From positions 448,001 to 512,000 of the forward strand of contig CAWBMV010000001.1 in the NCBI GenBank assembly GCA_963789955.1: a stretch of DNA of 64,000 nucleotides, given 5' to 3'. This document shows, one piece after another, positions 10,234-19,382 of this stretch. The notes beneath the pieces are model-generated. The model was not told where the DNA came from. It saw only the letters and a program-made list of their open reading frames with translations, and made no database searches. A program made the position numbers and the translations under genes. Within the stretch, counting starts at the first letter, position 1, and every line of letters starts with the position of its first letter. The DNA is from an uncultured Candidatus Rokubacteria bacterium. GTDB taxonomy: Bacteria > Methylomirabilota > Methylomirabilia > Rokubacteriales > CSP1-6.

Positions 10234-12645
10234 TCAGCCGACCTTCAACGCGGCCACGGTCGCGCCAGTTCCGCCTTCGGACGGCTCGCCGTCACGGAAC
10301 GACTCGACCAGGGGATGGCCGGCCAGAAGATCACGGACCGCCTTGCGGAGGGCGCCGCTGCCCTTGCCATGAACCAATCGTACGCTCGCGAGGCCCGCGA
10401 GGAAGGCGTCGTCGAGATATTTCTCGACCCGATCGCGCGCCTCGTCGGTCGTCTGCCCGAGCAACAAGATCTCGCCCGCGACGGATCGATGCGAAGTCTG
10501 GATCGAATCGCCGCCTCGGAACCCCGATCGGCCCGTGCCTCGCACGGCCTCGCCCCGCCCCGGGGTCGCGGAGCTAGCGGCGACGGCACGGAGCACTTGA
10601 AGAGGCACGCGTACGGTCACCGAGCCCGACCGAACCGTGGCCGAGCTGCCGGCGATCTCGACCAGCTCACCGCGAATCCCCAGGTGCTCGGCCGCCACGG
10701 TCGCGCCCGGAGCCAGCGCCACCGGCCGCTCCGCGGGCGCCTCGGGTACGAGCGCCTCCATCCGGCCGGCGACATCGCGCACGCGGCGCCGGCTCTCGTC
10801 GAGCGAGCGGCGCGACCGGTCCGAGCGCTTGAGCTTGTCCCACTCGGCGGTGAGCGCGCGGCGGATCTCGCTGACGAGTGCCGTCGCCTCGGCCCGGGCG
10901 CGGGCGACGATCGCCTGGGCCCGGCTCTCCGCCGCCGCCTCGGTCTGGCGGGCCTTCGCCAGCTGGGCCGCGGCCTCGGTGCGGATACGCTCGATCTCGC
11001 GCGCCCGCTCGGCTTCGGTGCGAGCGTTGGCGTCCAGGGTCGCCAGCAAGTCCGCCAGCCGGGCGGCGTGCTCCGAGCGATGCGCATTCGCGCGGGCGAT
11101 CAGCTCGGCGCCGAGACCGAGACGCGCGGCGATCGTCAGCGCGTAGCTCTGGCCGGGCTGGTCGTAGCGAAGATGGAAGGTCGGCGCCAGGGTGGCGGTG
11201 TCGAACTCGACCGAGGCGTTGCGCGCCCGAGGATGCGTGGACGCGAAGGCCTTGAGCGGCTCGAGGTGCGTCGTCGCGATCACCAGGGCGCCGCGCTCGG
11301 CCAGCTCCTCGAGGATCGCCTGGGCGAGGGCCGCGCCCTCGTCGGGGTCGGTGCCTGCGCCGAGCTCGTCCAGGAGCACGAGCGAGCGCTGGTCGGCGCG
11401 CTCGAGGATCTCACGCGCTTGCTTGACGAACGCCGAGAAGGTCGAGAGGTTCTCGGCCACGGACTGATCGTCGCCGATGATCGCGAACACGTCGTCGAAC
11501 ACGGGCAGGCGCGAGCCTTCGTCGGCCGGCACGTGGCAGCCGACCTGGGCCATGAGCGCCTGGACGGCGAGCGTCTTGAGCGCGATCGTCTTGCCGCCGG
11601 CGTTCGGTCCGGTGATGACGAGCAGCGGGCGCTCGGGGCCGAGCTCGAGGTCCATCGGGACCACGGTGCGGCTCGGGTCCTTCCAGCTCTGAGCGAGCAG
11701 GAGCGGGTGGCGCGCGCCTCGAAGCTCCACGGTCCGTCCGGCATCGATCGCCGGCGCCGTCGCGCCCATGCGCTCGGCGGCCTGGGCTCGCGCGAAGATC
11801 CAGTCGAGCTCGCCGATGGAGCTCACGAGGGCGTCCAGATCGTCGAGCCGCGCGTGGACCGCGGCCGTCAGCTCGGCGAGGATGCGCGCGGTCTCGTGCT
11901 CCTCCTCGCGCGTCGCCTGCACGAGGTCGTTGTTGGCGTCGACCACCTGCTCAGGCTCGATGAAGAGTGTCTGGCCGCTCTGCGAGCGGTCGTGGACGAT
12001 TCCGCGCACGCGGCTCCGCGACTCGGTCCGCACCGGCAGGACGTAGCGGCCGTGTCGAAGCGTGACGTAGTGGTCGGTGAAGAGCCGGTCGGCGTCGCTG
12101 CCCTGGAAGGCGCGCTCGAGCTCGCTGGCGAGATGACGGCGCCGTTCGCGGATCTCACGCCGAAGGCGCTTGAGCGTCGGACTCGCGTCGTCGGTCACGG
12201 CGCCGCTCGCATCGAGGGCGCGGCGGAGCCGGTCGGCGAGCTCGGCGAACCGCGGCAGGGCGTCGGTGATCGTCGCCACCTCGGGGCTCGTCTCACGCAC
12301 GCTTCGGCCGTAGGCGCGGAGCTTGGGGCTCGCGTCGAGGACGGGAACGATCTGAATCATCTCGGAGCCGTCGAGCACGGTGCCCTCGGCGCGGCAGCGC
12401 GCCAGGATCGAGCGGATGTCGGGGAGCGCCTCCAATGGAAGCGAGCCGGTGGTGGCCAGCGCCAGGCGCGCCTGGCGGGTCATCTCGATCGCTGCCTGGA
12501 CTTCGGAGATGTCGGTGAGCGGCTCGGCCGCCGTCGCCCGATCGCGTCCCATCTGGGTTGAAGCTTCGTGAGCCAGGAGCGCTCGCACCGCGTTCCATTC
12601 GGTGCCGGGCTCCCAGATTCGACCTGCCTGCAACCTTCGCCTCAC
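10234..12645 (-). CDS. mutS2: Endonuclease MutS2 (Smr domain)
   Basis: GPNAGGKT P-loop, DELGAGTDP, ATTH, C-terminal Smr with HGKGSG. Confidence 0.95.
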   Translation of the reverse strand: MRRRLQAGRIWEPGTEWNAVRALLAHEASTQMGRDRATAAEPLTDISEVQAAIEMTRQARLALATTGSLPLEALPDIRSILARCRAEGTVLDGSEMIQIVPVLDASPKLRAYGRSVRETSPEVATITDALPRFAELADRLRRALDASGAVTDDASPTLKRLRREIRERRRHLASELERAFQGSDADRLFTDHYVTLRHGRYVLPVRTESRSRVRGIVHDRSQSGQTLFIEPEQVVDANNDLVQATREEEHETARILAELTAAVHARLDDLDALVSSIGELDWIFARAQAAERMGATAPAIDAGRTVELRGARHPLLLAQSWKDPSRTVVPMDLELGPERPLLVITGPNAGGKTIALKTLAVQALMAQVGCHVPADEGSRLPVFDDVFAIIGDDQSVAENLSTFSAFVKQAREILERADQRSLVLLDELGAGTDPDEGAALAQAILEELAERGALVIATTHLEPLKAFASTHPRARNASVEFDTATLAPTFHLRYDQPGQSYALTIAARLGLGAELIARANAHRSEHAARLADLLATLDANARTEAERAREIERIRTEAAAQLAKARQTEAAAESRAQAIVARARAEATALVSEIRRALTAEWDKLKRSDRSRRSLDESRRRVRDVAGRMEALVPEAPAERPVALAPGATVAAEHLGIRGELVEIAGSSATVRSGSVTVRVPLQVLRAVAASSATPGRGEAVRGTGRSGFRGGDSIQTSHRSVAGEILLLGQTTDEARDRVEKYLDDAFLAGLASVRLVHGKGSGALRKAVRDLLAGHPLVESFRDGEPSEGGTGATVAALKVG

Positions 12646-12698
12646 TCGCTCCCGATCCGGGTTCCGGGAGTGCCGGCGTCCATCAGGCGATGTCCCGG

Positions 12699-12893
12699 CT
12701 AATCGGACACCCGTTCGCGCCGCTTGGCCTTCTTGCGGGCGGCGAGGGCCTTGCGCTTGCGCCGAACGCTGGGCTTTTCATAGTGCTGGCGCTTCTTGAA
12801 CTCTGAGAGGAGCCCGGCTTTTTCGCATTGCTTCTTGAAGCGCTTGAGCGCGCTCTCGAAGGACTCGTCGGGCTCGACGATGACCTTGGTCAC
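12699..12893 (-). CDS. rpsU: 30S ribosomal protein bS21
   Basis: [36 protein letters not shown] start after GAGGGAG. Confidence 0.96.
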   Translation of the reverse strand: MTKVIVEPDESFESALKRFKKQCEKAGLLSEFKKRQHYEKPSVRRKRKALAARKKAKRRERVSD

Positions 12894-12937
12894 ACGACTC
12901 TCCCTCAGGACGGCTGGACTTATGGATAAACAACAAC

Positions 12938-12966
12938 TATATACCACGCGACCCACCCTCGGGCAA
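12938..12966 (-). promoter_or_regulatory. Putative sigma70 promoter of the rpsU operon
   Basis: TTGCCC-17 nt-TATATA with extended -10 TGn on the minus strand. Confidence 0.6.
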
Positions 12967-13018
12967 TCGAGCGCCGTCCTGTAGACTGGGCCGACTCACG
13001 AGCGACCGAGGAGAGTTC

Positions 13019-14246
13019 TTGCCGCTCTACACCGTCGCCCCCTTCGTCACCATGCTCCTGGCCATCGCCCTCCTTCCGCTCTGGCTCCCGCGCTGGTGGG
13101 AGTCGAACCGCAACAAGCTGATCGTCTCGCTCGGCTTGGGCTTGCCGATCCTCGCCCTCTATGCGGTACGTCAGCCGGAAGCCCTTCTGTCGATGGCCGA
13201 GGAGTACGTGTCGTTCATCGTGCTGCTGGCCGGCCTCTTCGTGATCTCGGGCGGGATCCTGCTGCGCGGGGATCTGGTGGCGACGCCCCTCACCAACACC
13301 GCCTTCCTCGCGCTCGGGTCGGCTGCTGGCCTCGTTCATCGGCACGACCGGGGCCTCGATGCTGCTGATCCGCCCAATCCTCCAGACGAACCGCGAGCGC
13401 ACGCGCGTCCGCCACACGATCGTCTTCTTCATCTTCCTCGTGTCCAACATCGGCGGGATGCTGACGCCGCTCGGCGACCCGCCGCTCTTCCTCGGGTATC
13501 TGCGAGGGGTGCCGTTCGCGTGGACCTTCCGGCTCTGGCCGCACTGGGGGCTCCAGGTGGCCGTGCTGCTCGCGCTGTACTTCGTCTGGGACACTCGCGA
13601 ATACACGCGGGAGCCGATCGCCGCGCTCCGACGGGATCGGGCTCAGATCGAGCCGCTTCGCGTGCAGGGCGCGTTGAACCTGGCGTGGCTCGTGCTCGTC
13701 GTCCTTGCCGTCGCGCTGCTGCACGCACCCTGGCGCGAGGCCGCGATCGTGGCGCTCGCCGCGCTCTCCCTCTGGCGCACGCCCCGCGCGGTGCGTCGCG
13801 CCAACGGTTTCACGGCGTACCCGATCGTCGAAGTCGCCGTGCTGTTCGCGGGGATCTTCCTCACGATGATGCCGGCCCTCGAGATCTTGCGATTGCGCGG
13901 AGGCGAGCTCGGCGTCCGAGCGCCGTGGCACTTCTTCTGGGCGACGGGGATCCTGTCGTCGTTTCTCGACAACGCGCCGACGTACCTGACGTTCCTCGCA
14001 TTGGGGCAGGGGCTCGGCCTGGCGCGCGAGGTCGTGGACGTTCCGCACGCGATCCTGGCGGCGATCGCCGTCGGCTCGGTGTCGATGGGAGCCAACAGCT
14101 ACATCGGCAACGCGCCGAACTTCATGGTGAAGGCGATCGCCGAGGAGCAGGGCGTGAAGATGCCGAGCTTCTTCGGCTACATGCTCTACAGCGGCGCCGT
14201 GCTGCTGCCGCTCTTCGTGCTCGTCACCGCGCTGTTTTTCTGGTAG
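13019..14246 (+). CDS. Putative sodium:proton antiporter (IT superfamily); one frameshift near 13325
   Basis: Hydrophobic ORF halves join as ...LASFIGTTGASMLLIRP; motifs SNIGGMLTPLGDPPLFLG, LDNAPTY and YIGNAPNFMVK. Confidence 0.8.
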
Positions 14247-14300
14247 TCGAGCGCGCGCCGCTGGTGCGCACCCGAACCTTCGGCTAGACTTCGCCGAAGC

Positions 14301-15290
14301 ATGCAGGTGATCGGGCTCGCGGTTGTGCTCACGCTCGGTCTCTTCGTTGCGCCGCTCCGCGCCGACGCTCAGGAGAGGACCCGGCCCGCTCGGATCGGGT
14401 TCCTGGCGACCAGCGGGAATCTTCCCGAATCGACGCAGGCGTTTCGGCGAGGACTAAACGATCTCGGCTACGTCGAGGGCCGCAACATCGTGACCGAGAT
14501 CCGATCGGCCGAGGGCAAGCCCGAACGGCTCCCCGCGCTCGCCGCCGAGCTGATCGCGCTCAAGGTCGACGTCATCGTGGCCGCGGGTGGCACGAGCGCC
14601 GCGCTCGCCGCCAAGCAGGCGACCAAGACGATCCCCATCGTCTTCCCCGCGGTCGACGATCCGGTGACGAGCGGGCTCGTCGCCAGCCTTGCGCGGCCCG
14701 GCGGCAATCTCACGGGGCTGGCGCTGCTGTCACCGGAGCTCATCGGCAAATGTTTGGAGCAGATCAAAGAGGCCGTTCCGTGGGTGAGTCGCGTCGCCGT
14801 GCTCTGGCAACCGGGTACCGCGCCCGAGCGCGCCGAGAAGGACATATTGCAGGAAGCGGATCTCGCGGCCGGCGCGCTCGGGCTGCGGCTGCCCATCGTG
14901 AGGGCGCGCGGCCCGGAAGACTTCCCCCGGGCGTTCGCGGAGATCAAACGCAGACAGGCGGACGCCCTGACCGTGCTGTCGAGCCCGGTCTTCGTCGGAG
15001 AGCGCCGACGGATCGCGGAGCTGGCGATCAAGAATCGGCTGCCGACGGTCTTCGCGTTCAGATCGTACGTCGACGCCGGGGGTCTCATGTCGTACGGGCC
15101 GAACATTGCCGACTTGTTCCGGCGCGCTGCGACCTACGTGGACAAGATCCTCAAAGGGGCGAAACCCGCCGACCTACCGGTCGAGCAGCCCACGACGTTC
15201 GAGCTGGTCGTCAACCTCAAGACCGCGAAGGCGCTCGGGCTGACGATCCCGTCGTCGATGCTCGGACGGGCGAATCACGTGATCGAGTAG
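14301..15290 (+). CDS. ABC transporter substrate-binding protein (ABC_sub_bind type)
   Basis: Signal peptide; LGYVEGRNI, SLARPGGNLTG, GGLMSYG, KPADLPVEQPTTFELVVNLKTAKALGL. Confidence 0.9.
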   Translation: MQVIGLAVVLTLGLFVAPLRADAQERTRPARIGFLATSGNLPESTQAFRRGLNDLGYVEGRNIVTEIRSAEGKPERLPALAAELIALKVDVIVAAGGTSAALAAKQATKTIPIVFPAVDDPVTSGLVASLARPGGNLTGLALLSPELIGKCLEQIKEAVPWVSRVAVLWQPGTAPERAEKDILQEADLAAGALGLRLPIVRARGPEDFPRAFAEIKRRQADALTVLSSPVFVGERRRIAELAIKNRLPTVFAFRSYVDAGGLMSYGPNIADLFRRAATYVDKILKGAKPADLPVEQPTTFELVVNLKTAKALGLTIPSSMLGRANHVIE

Positions 15291-15293
15291 CGA

Positions 15294-15842
15294 TCAGCCG
15301 AGGAGCGCCAGAACTTTTTCCACCGCTTCGGCGACGGCGGCGTCGACGACCGGCAGCTCGTCGCGCTCGAACGACGTGAGCACGTGGTCCGGGACGTCGC
15401 CCTTGTGGTCCGGGCGCCCCACGCCCACCTTGACCCGCTTGATGTCCTGGGTGCCGAGGGCGTCGATCACCGAGCGGACGCCGTTGTGGCCGCCGTGGCT
15501 CCCCTTCATGCGGACCCGGACGGTCCCGAGGGGCAGGTCGATGTCGTCGTAGACCAGGATCACATCGGCGGGACCGGCCTCCGCGCGGCGAAGCGCCTTC
15601 GCGACGACCGGACCGCTCTCGTTCATGAACGAGAGCGGCTTGATGAGGCGTACTTCTTCGCCGCGCCAGCGTCCGCGCGCCACGATCGTCGCACCGTCGC
15701 GCCGCCACGAGCCGCGGACGGTCTTGGCGAGGACGTCGAGCACGCGCTGGCCCACGTTGTGGCGGGTGTCTCGATACTCCGGGCCCGGGTTGCCCAGCCC
15801 CACGACGACGCGGCCGGTTCCCGGGCCCTCCCCCTGGGCCAC
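15294..15842 (-). CDS. pth: Peptidyl-tRNA hydrolase
   Basis: VGLGNPG, TRHNVG, GGHNG motifs. Confidence 0.96.
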   Translation of the reverse strand: MAQGEGPGTGRVVVGLGNPGPEYRDTRHNVGQRVLDVLAKTVRGSWRRDGATIVARGRWRGEEVRLIKPLSFMNESGPVVAKALRRAEAGPADVILVYDDIDLPLGTVRVRMKGSHGGHNGVRSVIDALGTQDIKRVKVGVGRPDHKGDVPDHVLTSFERDELPVVDAAVAEAVEKVLALLG

Positions 15843-15857
15843 GCGATGCTCGCTCGG

Positions 15858-16586
15858 TTACTTGTCCTTGTCTGACTTCTCCGCGCGCGCGGGCCGCGAT
15901 GGCTTCTTGCCGTCGTCGGCCGCCGCTTCTTCGCCTTCCTTCGGCTTGCGCTCGGTGAGGACTTCCGGCTCGGTGACCGCTGCCGCGGTCGGCGCCGCCG
16001 CCGCTGCCACTTCCTCCGCCATCGGCGGAGCCACCGTCGCGACCGCCTGACCTGGATCGTTCACGATCCGGACGCCGGCGGGCGCCCGGAGCTCGGCCAC
16101 CGTCAGCACGTCGCCGATCATGAGCGCGCTGACGTCGGCGTCGATCCGCTCGGGAATCGCCGTCGGCAGGCACGCGATGGTCAGCTCGTGGAGCACGAGG
16201 TTCAGGATGCCCTTCTGCTCCTTCACGCCCGCGGCCTCACCGATGGCGCGCACGGCCACCTGCACGGTGATCGCGCGGTCCGCGGCCACTTCCTGCAGAT
16301 CGACGTGCAAGAGCAGATCGGTGACGGGATCGAACTGTAAATCGCGGATGATGGCCATCCGCGTGCCGTTGCCGTTCTCACCGTCGAACCGGAGCGTGAG
16401 CAGCTGAGTCGTGCCTTCGTGGCCGTGGATCATGCGAAGCACCGCTTTGGGATCCACGGTGACCGACTCGGCCTTCTTTCCGTCGTAGAGGACCGCCGGA
16501 ACGGTGCCCTCGCGGCGCAGGCGCTTGGAGAAGGCCTTGCCGCTTCCCTCTCGCCGCTTGATCGTCAGCTCTTGCATCGTGGCCAT
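15858..16586 (-). CDS. rplY: 50S ribosomal protein bL25 / Ctc
   Basis: RLRREGTVPAVLY, QFDPVTD.LLHVD; lies between prs and pth. Confidence 0.94.
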   Translation of the reverse strand: MATMQELTIKRREGSGKAFSKRLRREGTVPAVLYDGKKAESVTVDPKAVLRMIHGHEGTTQLLTLRFDGENGNGTRMAIIRDLQFDPVTDLLLHVDLQEVAADRAITVQVAVRAIGEAAGVKEQKGILNLVLHELTIACLPTAIPERIDADVSALMIGDVLTVAELRAPAGVRIVNDPGQAVATVAPPMAEEVAAAAAPTAAAVTEPEVLTERKPKEGEEAAADDGKKPSRPARAEKSDKDK

Positions 16587-16610
16587 GACTGAAGCTCCTT
16601 GAAAGTCGAG

Positions 16611-17555
16611 TTACGCGAACAGTGTCGAAACGGATTCCTCGTCGTGGATCCGCCGGATCGCCTCGCCCAGGAGCGGCGCGACCGAGAGCACCGTGATGCG
16701 CGCCGCGGCGCGCTTGGTTTCGCTCAGAGGGATCGAGTTCGTGACGACGACCTCTTCGATCGGCGAGGCGCCGATGCGGTCGATCGCCGGCCCCGAGAGC
16801 ACCGCGTGGACGCCGCAGGCCATGATCCGCCGGGCGCCCTCGCGCTCCAGGGCCGTCACGGCTTGCGTGAGAGTGCCGGCGGTGTCGATGATGTCGTCGA
16901 TGACCACCGCGTCGCGCCCTTTGACGTCACCGATGAGGTGCATGGCAACCGCTGAGCCCGGGCCCTCGCGCCGCTTGTCGATGATGGCCAGGCCCGCGTC
17001 GAACCGCTTGGCCATCGCGCGCGCGCGCTCCACGCCGCCCGCGTCGGGCGCGACGATGACCGGATCCTTCAGATCTTTCTTGCGCAGATAGTCGATCATC
17101 ACGACCGGGCCGGCGAAGAGGTGGTCGACCGGAACGCTGAAGAATCCCTGGATCTGCCCGGCGTGCAGATCGAGCGCCAGTACGCGGTTGATCCCCGCCG
17201 CCTCGAGCAGGTCCGCCACGAGCCGCGCGGAGATCGGCACCCGTGACTGAACCTTCCGGTCCTGGCGCGCGTACCCGTAGTAGGGCAGCACCGCGGTGAC
17301 CCGGCGGGCCGACGCGCGCTTCATGGCGTCGACCATGATGAGCAGCTCCATCAGCGTATCGTTCACCGGCGGACACGTGGGCTGGATGACGAACACGTCG
17401 GCGCCCCGCACGTTCTCGTCCACCTGCACGTAGACTTCACCGTCGGAGAACCGGGTGACCTCGGCGTCGGCCATCGGGACGTGGAGATACTGCGCGATCT
17501 CCTCGGCGAGCGGACGGTTCGCGTTGCCGGTCAGGAGCTTCAGCTCATACGCCAT
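16611..17555 (-). CDS. prs: Ribose-phosphate pyrophosphokinase
   Basis: FSDGE, YARQDRK, DLHAGQIQGFF, DDIIDTAGT. Confidence 0.97.
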   Translation of the reverse strand: MAYELKLLTGNANRPLAEEIAQYLHVPMADAEVTRFSDGEVYVQVDENVRGADVFVIQPTCPPVNDTLMELLIMVDAMKRASARRVTAVLPYYGYARQDRKVQSRVPISARLVADLLEAAGINRVLALDLHAGQIQGFFSVPVDHLFAGPVVMIDYLRKKDLKDPVIVAPDAGGVERARAMAKRFDAGLAIIDKRREGPGSAVAMHLIGDVKGRDAVVIDDIIDTAGTLTQAVTALEREGARRIMACGVHAVLSGPAIDRIGASPIEEVVVTNSIPLSETKRAAARITVLSVAPLLGEAIRRIHDEESVSTLFA

Positions 17556-17575
17556 CGGCGCCTCGTCCTATCGTG

Positions 17576-17650
17576 TGGTTGGGGCGGGAGGATTCGAACC
17601 TCCGAATACGGGATCCAAAGTCCCGCGCCTTGCCGCTTGGCCACGCCCCA
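17576..17650 (-). tRNA. tRNA-Gln (TTG)
   Basis: TGGGGCGTGGCCAAGCGGCAAGGCGCGGGACTTTGGATCCCG...GGTTCGAATCCTCCCGCCCCAACCA, located between ispE and prs. Confidence 0.96.
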
Positions 17651-17686
17651 TCGTGTGCCCTTCTTCGATGACCAACCACGCCGCCC

Positions 17687-18575
17687 TTACTTTCGAATCC
17701 GGATCGCGGGGCCCTGGAGCGCCCGCACCGCCCAGCATCCCCAGCGCGCGCGTGTCACGCGGGCACGGATCTGCCGCGCGTGATCGAACGAGCGCGCGAT
17801 CCCGAACACGGTGAGCCCGCTTCCTGACATCACGAGCGCCCAGCGCCCCCGCTGCCAGGAGCGCGGCCTCCATCTGCTCGACTTCACGGTACCGCGCACT
17901 GGCGACTCGTTCCAGCGTGTTGCCGAGCCTCGCCGCGACACGAGCCGGCTGCCGGCTCCGAAGCGCCGCGGCCATCGCGCGCGCCTGGGCCCCGTCAGAA
18001 TACATCGAGGCCACGACCCCTCCGTAGATCTCCGCCGTGCTCGCCGCGACGCGCGGATTCACGAGCACAAGCGCCAGCGCCGAGCTGGCCAGCGGCTCGA
18101 GACGCTCGCCGCGTCCCGTGCCCATCGCGGCGCCGCCGTGCAGGAAGAACGGGACGTCCATCCCGAGCTTCACCGCCGCTTCGGCCAGTCGCGCGGCCGA
18201 CCACCCGAGCCCCCACAGCCGGTTCAACCCGACGAGCACCGCGGCTGCGTCGGTCGATCCACCACCGAGACCGGCCGCGACGGGGATTCGCTTGTCCAAG
18301 GTGATCTTCACTCCCCGGCTCATCCCCGCCATCTTCCGGAGAGTCAGCGCCGCCTTGAGCGCCAGGTTGGTCCCGTCCGTCGGAACGTCGGAAGCGGTCG
18401 TCCGGAGCTCGAGAACGTCCGCTTCTTCGAGCACCAGCTTGTCGGACAGATCCACGGCCTGCATGACCGTGGCGATTTCATGGTAGCCGTCGTCCCGCCG
18501 GCCAAGTACCTCGAGCGCGAGGTTCACTTTGGCCGCTGCGCTGAGCACGAGGCGACGGGGCTTCCCCGACCGCAT
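17687..18575 (-). CDS. ispE: 4-diphosphocytidyl-2-C-methyl-D-erythritol kinase; frameshift near 17835
   Basis: AKVNLAL...DGYHE and KRIPVAAGLGGGSTD; the MSGSG motif continues in a second frame ending at 17687. Confidence 0.92.
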
Positions 18576-18614
18576 CGACAAGACATCGAACCATAGCACG
18601 GGCGACTGGGCCTT

Positions 18615-19382
18615 TCAACGGATGGGCTGTGTTTTCGCCCCTTTCGGGATCGTCAGGGTGAAGCGCTCGTCGTCGATTCCCTGGTTCTCGACCAGGTTCT
18701 GATAGCTCACGGAGCCGGTGATGTAGGACATCGCCGCGTCGAGATCGAATCCCATCAATGCGCCGGCGCCGTCGCGCCGGTATTTGATCAGCGCGTTGAA
18801 CCGGCTGCCGAAGATCTGACGCTGCTGGATCACGCCAGTCCCAAGATCGAGCCACACCCGCTGGCGGACGCCGGATCTGGTCACCAGATTCAGTGACGGC
18901 CCGGTCGCGTCCGGCTCCAGGACTTCGGCGCTCCGGAGGTCGCGCGGTGCCGCGAGTCGCCCGGCCAGCACCGAGACGAGGTCGTCGGCTTCCAGGGGTA
19001 GCCCGAGGACTTTCGAGATCGTTTCCGAATCGGCGGGGCCCACGCGTGCCTCGTTCTTCAGCGCGTCGTAGGCCGTCACCTGGCCCTCGTGCACGGTGAC
19101 GACCATGAGCGGCGGACCGAACGGCGAGAGGGCTTCGAAGCGGACCGAGCTCGGCGAGCGAATGAGGAGGACGCCTCGAAGACGCTGCCGATCGCCGCCC
19201 TTCCTCAGGGAGACATCGGCGAGCGTACGCATGTCCGTGAGCTCGCCATAGCGCTCGGCGAGCAGAGCGAGCGCTCGACGGACGTCGTCGCTGATCGGTT
19301 CTCGAGATGGTGCGGTGGCGCAGGCGGCGAGCAACGCCACCTGCAGGAAGAGGAGGAGGCTACTGAGAGGCCTTCGGGCCAC
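18615..19382 (-). CDS. LolB-like outer-membrane lipoprotein
   Basis: Lipobox LAAC, RFEALSPFG motif, position upstream of ispE. Start approximate. Confidence 0.7.
   Translation of the reverse strand: MARRPLSSLLLFLQVALLAACATAPSREPISDDVRRALALLAERYGELTDMRTLADVSLRKGGDRQRLRGVLLIRSPSSVRFEALSPFGPPLMVVTVHEGQVTAYDALKNEARVGPADSETISKVLGLPLEADDLVSVLAGRLAAPRDLRSAEVLEPDATGPSLNLVTRSGVRQRVWLDLGTGVIQQRQIFGSRFNALIKYRRDGAGALMGFDLDAAMSYITGSVSYQNLVENQGIDDERFTLTIPKGAKTQPIR

Noticed and set aside
12642..12683. 13-aa minigene between rpsU and mutS2 (GTGA overlap)
   Set aside because: No SD, and it is indistinguishable from an indel in the MutS2 N-terminus.
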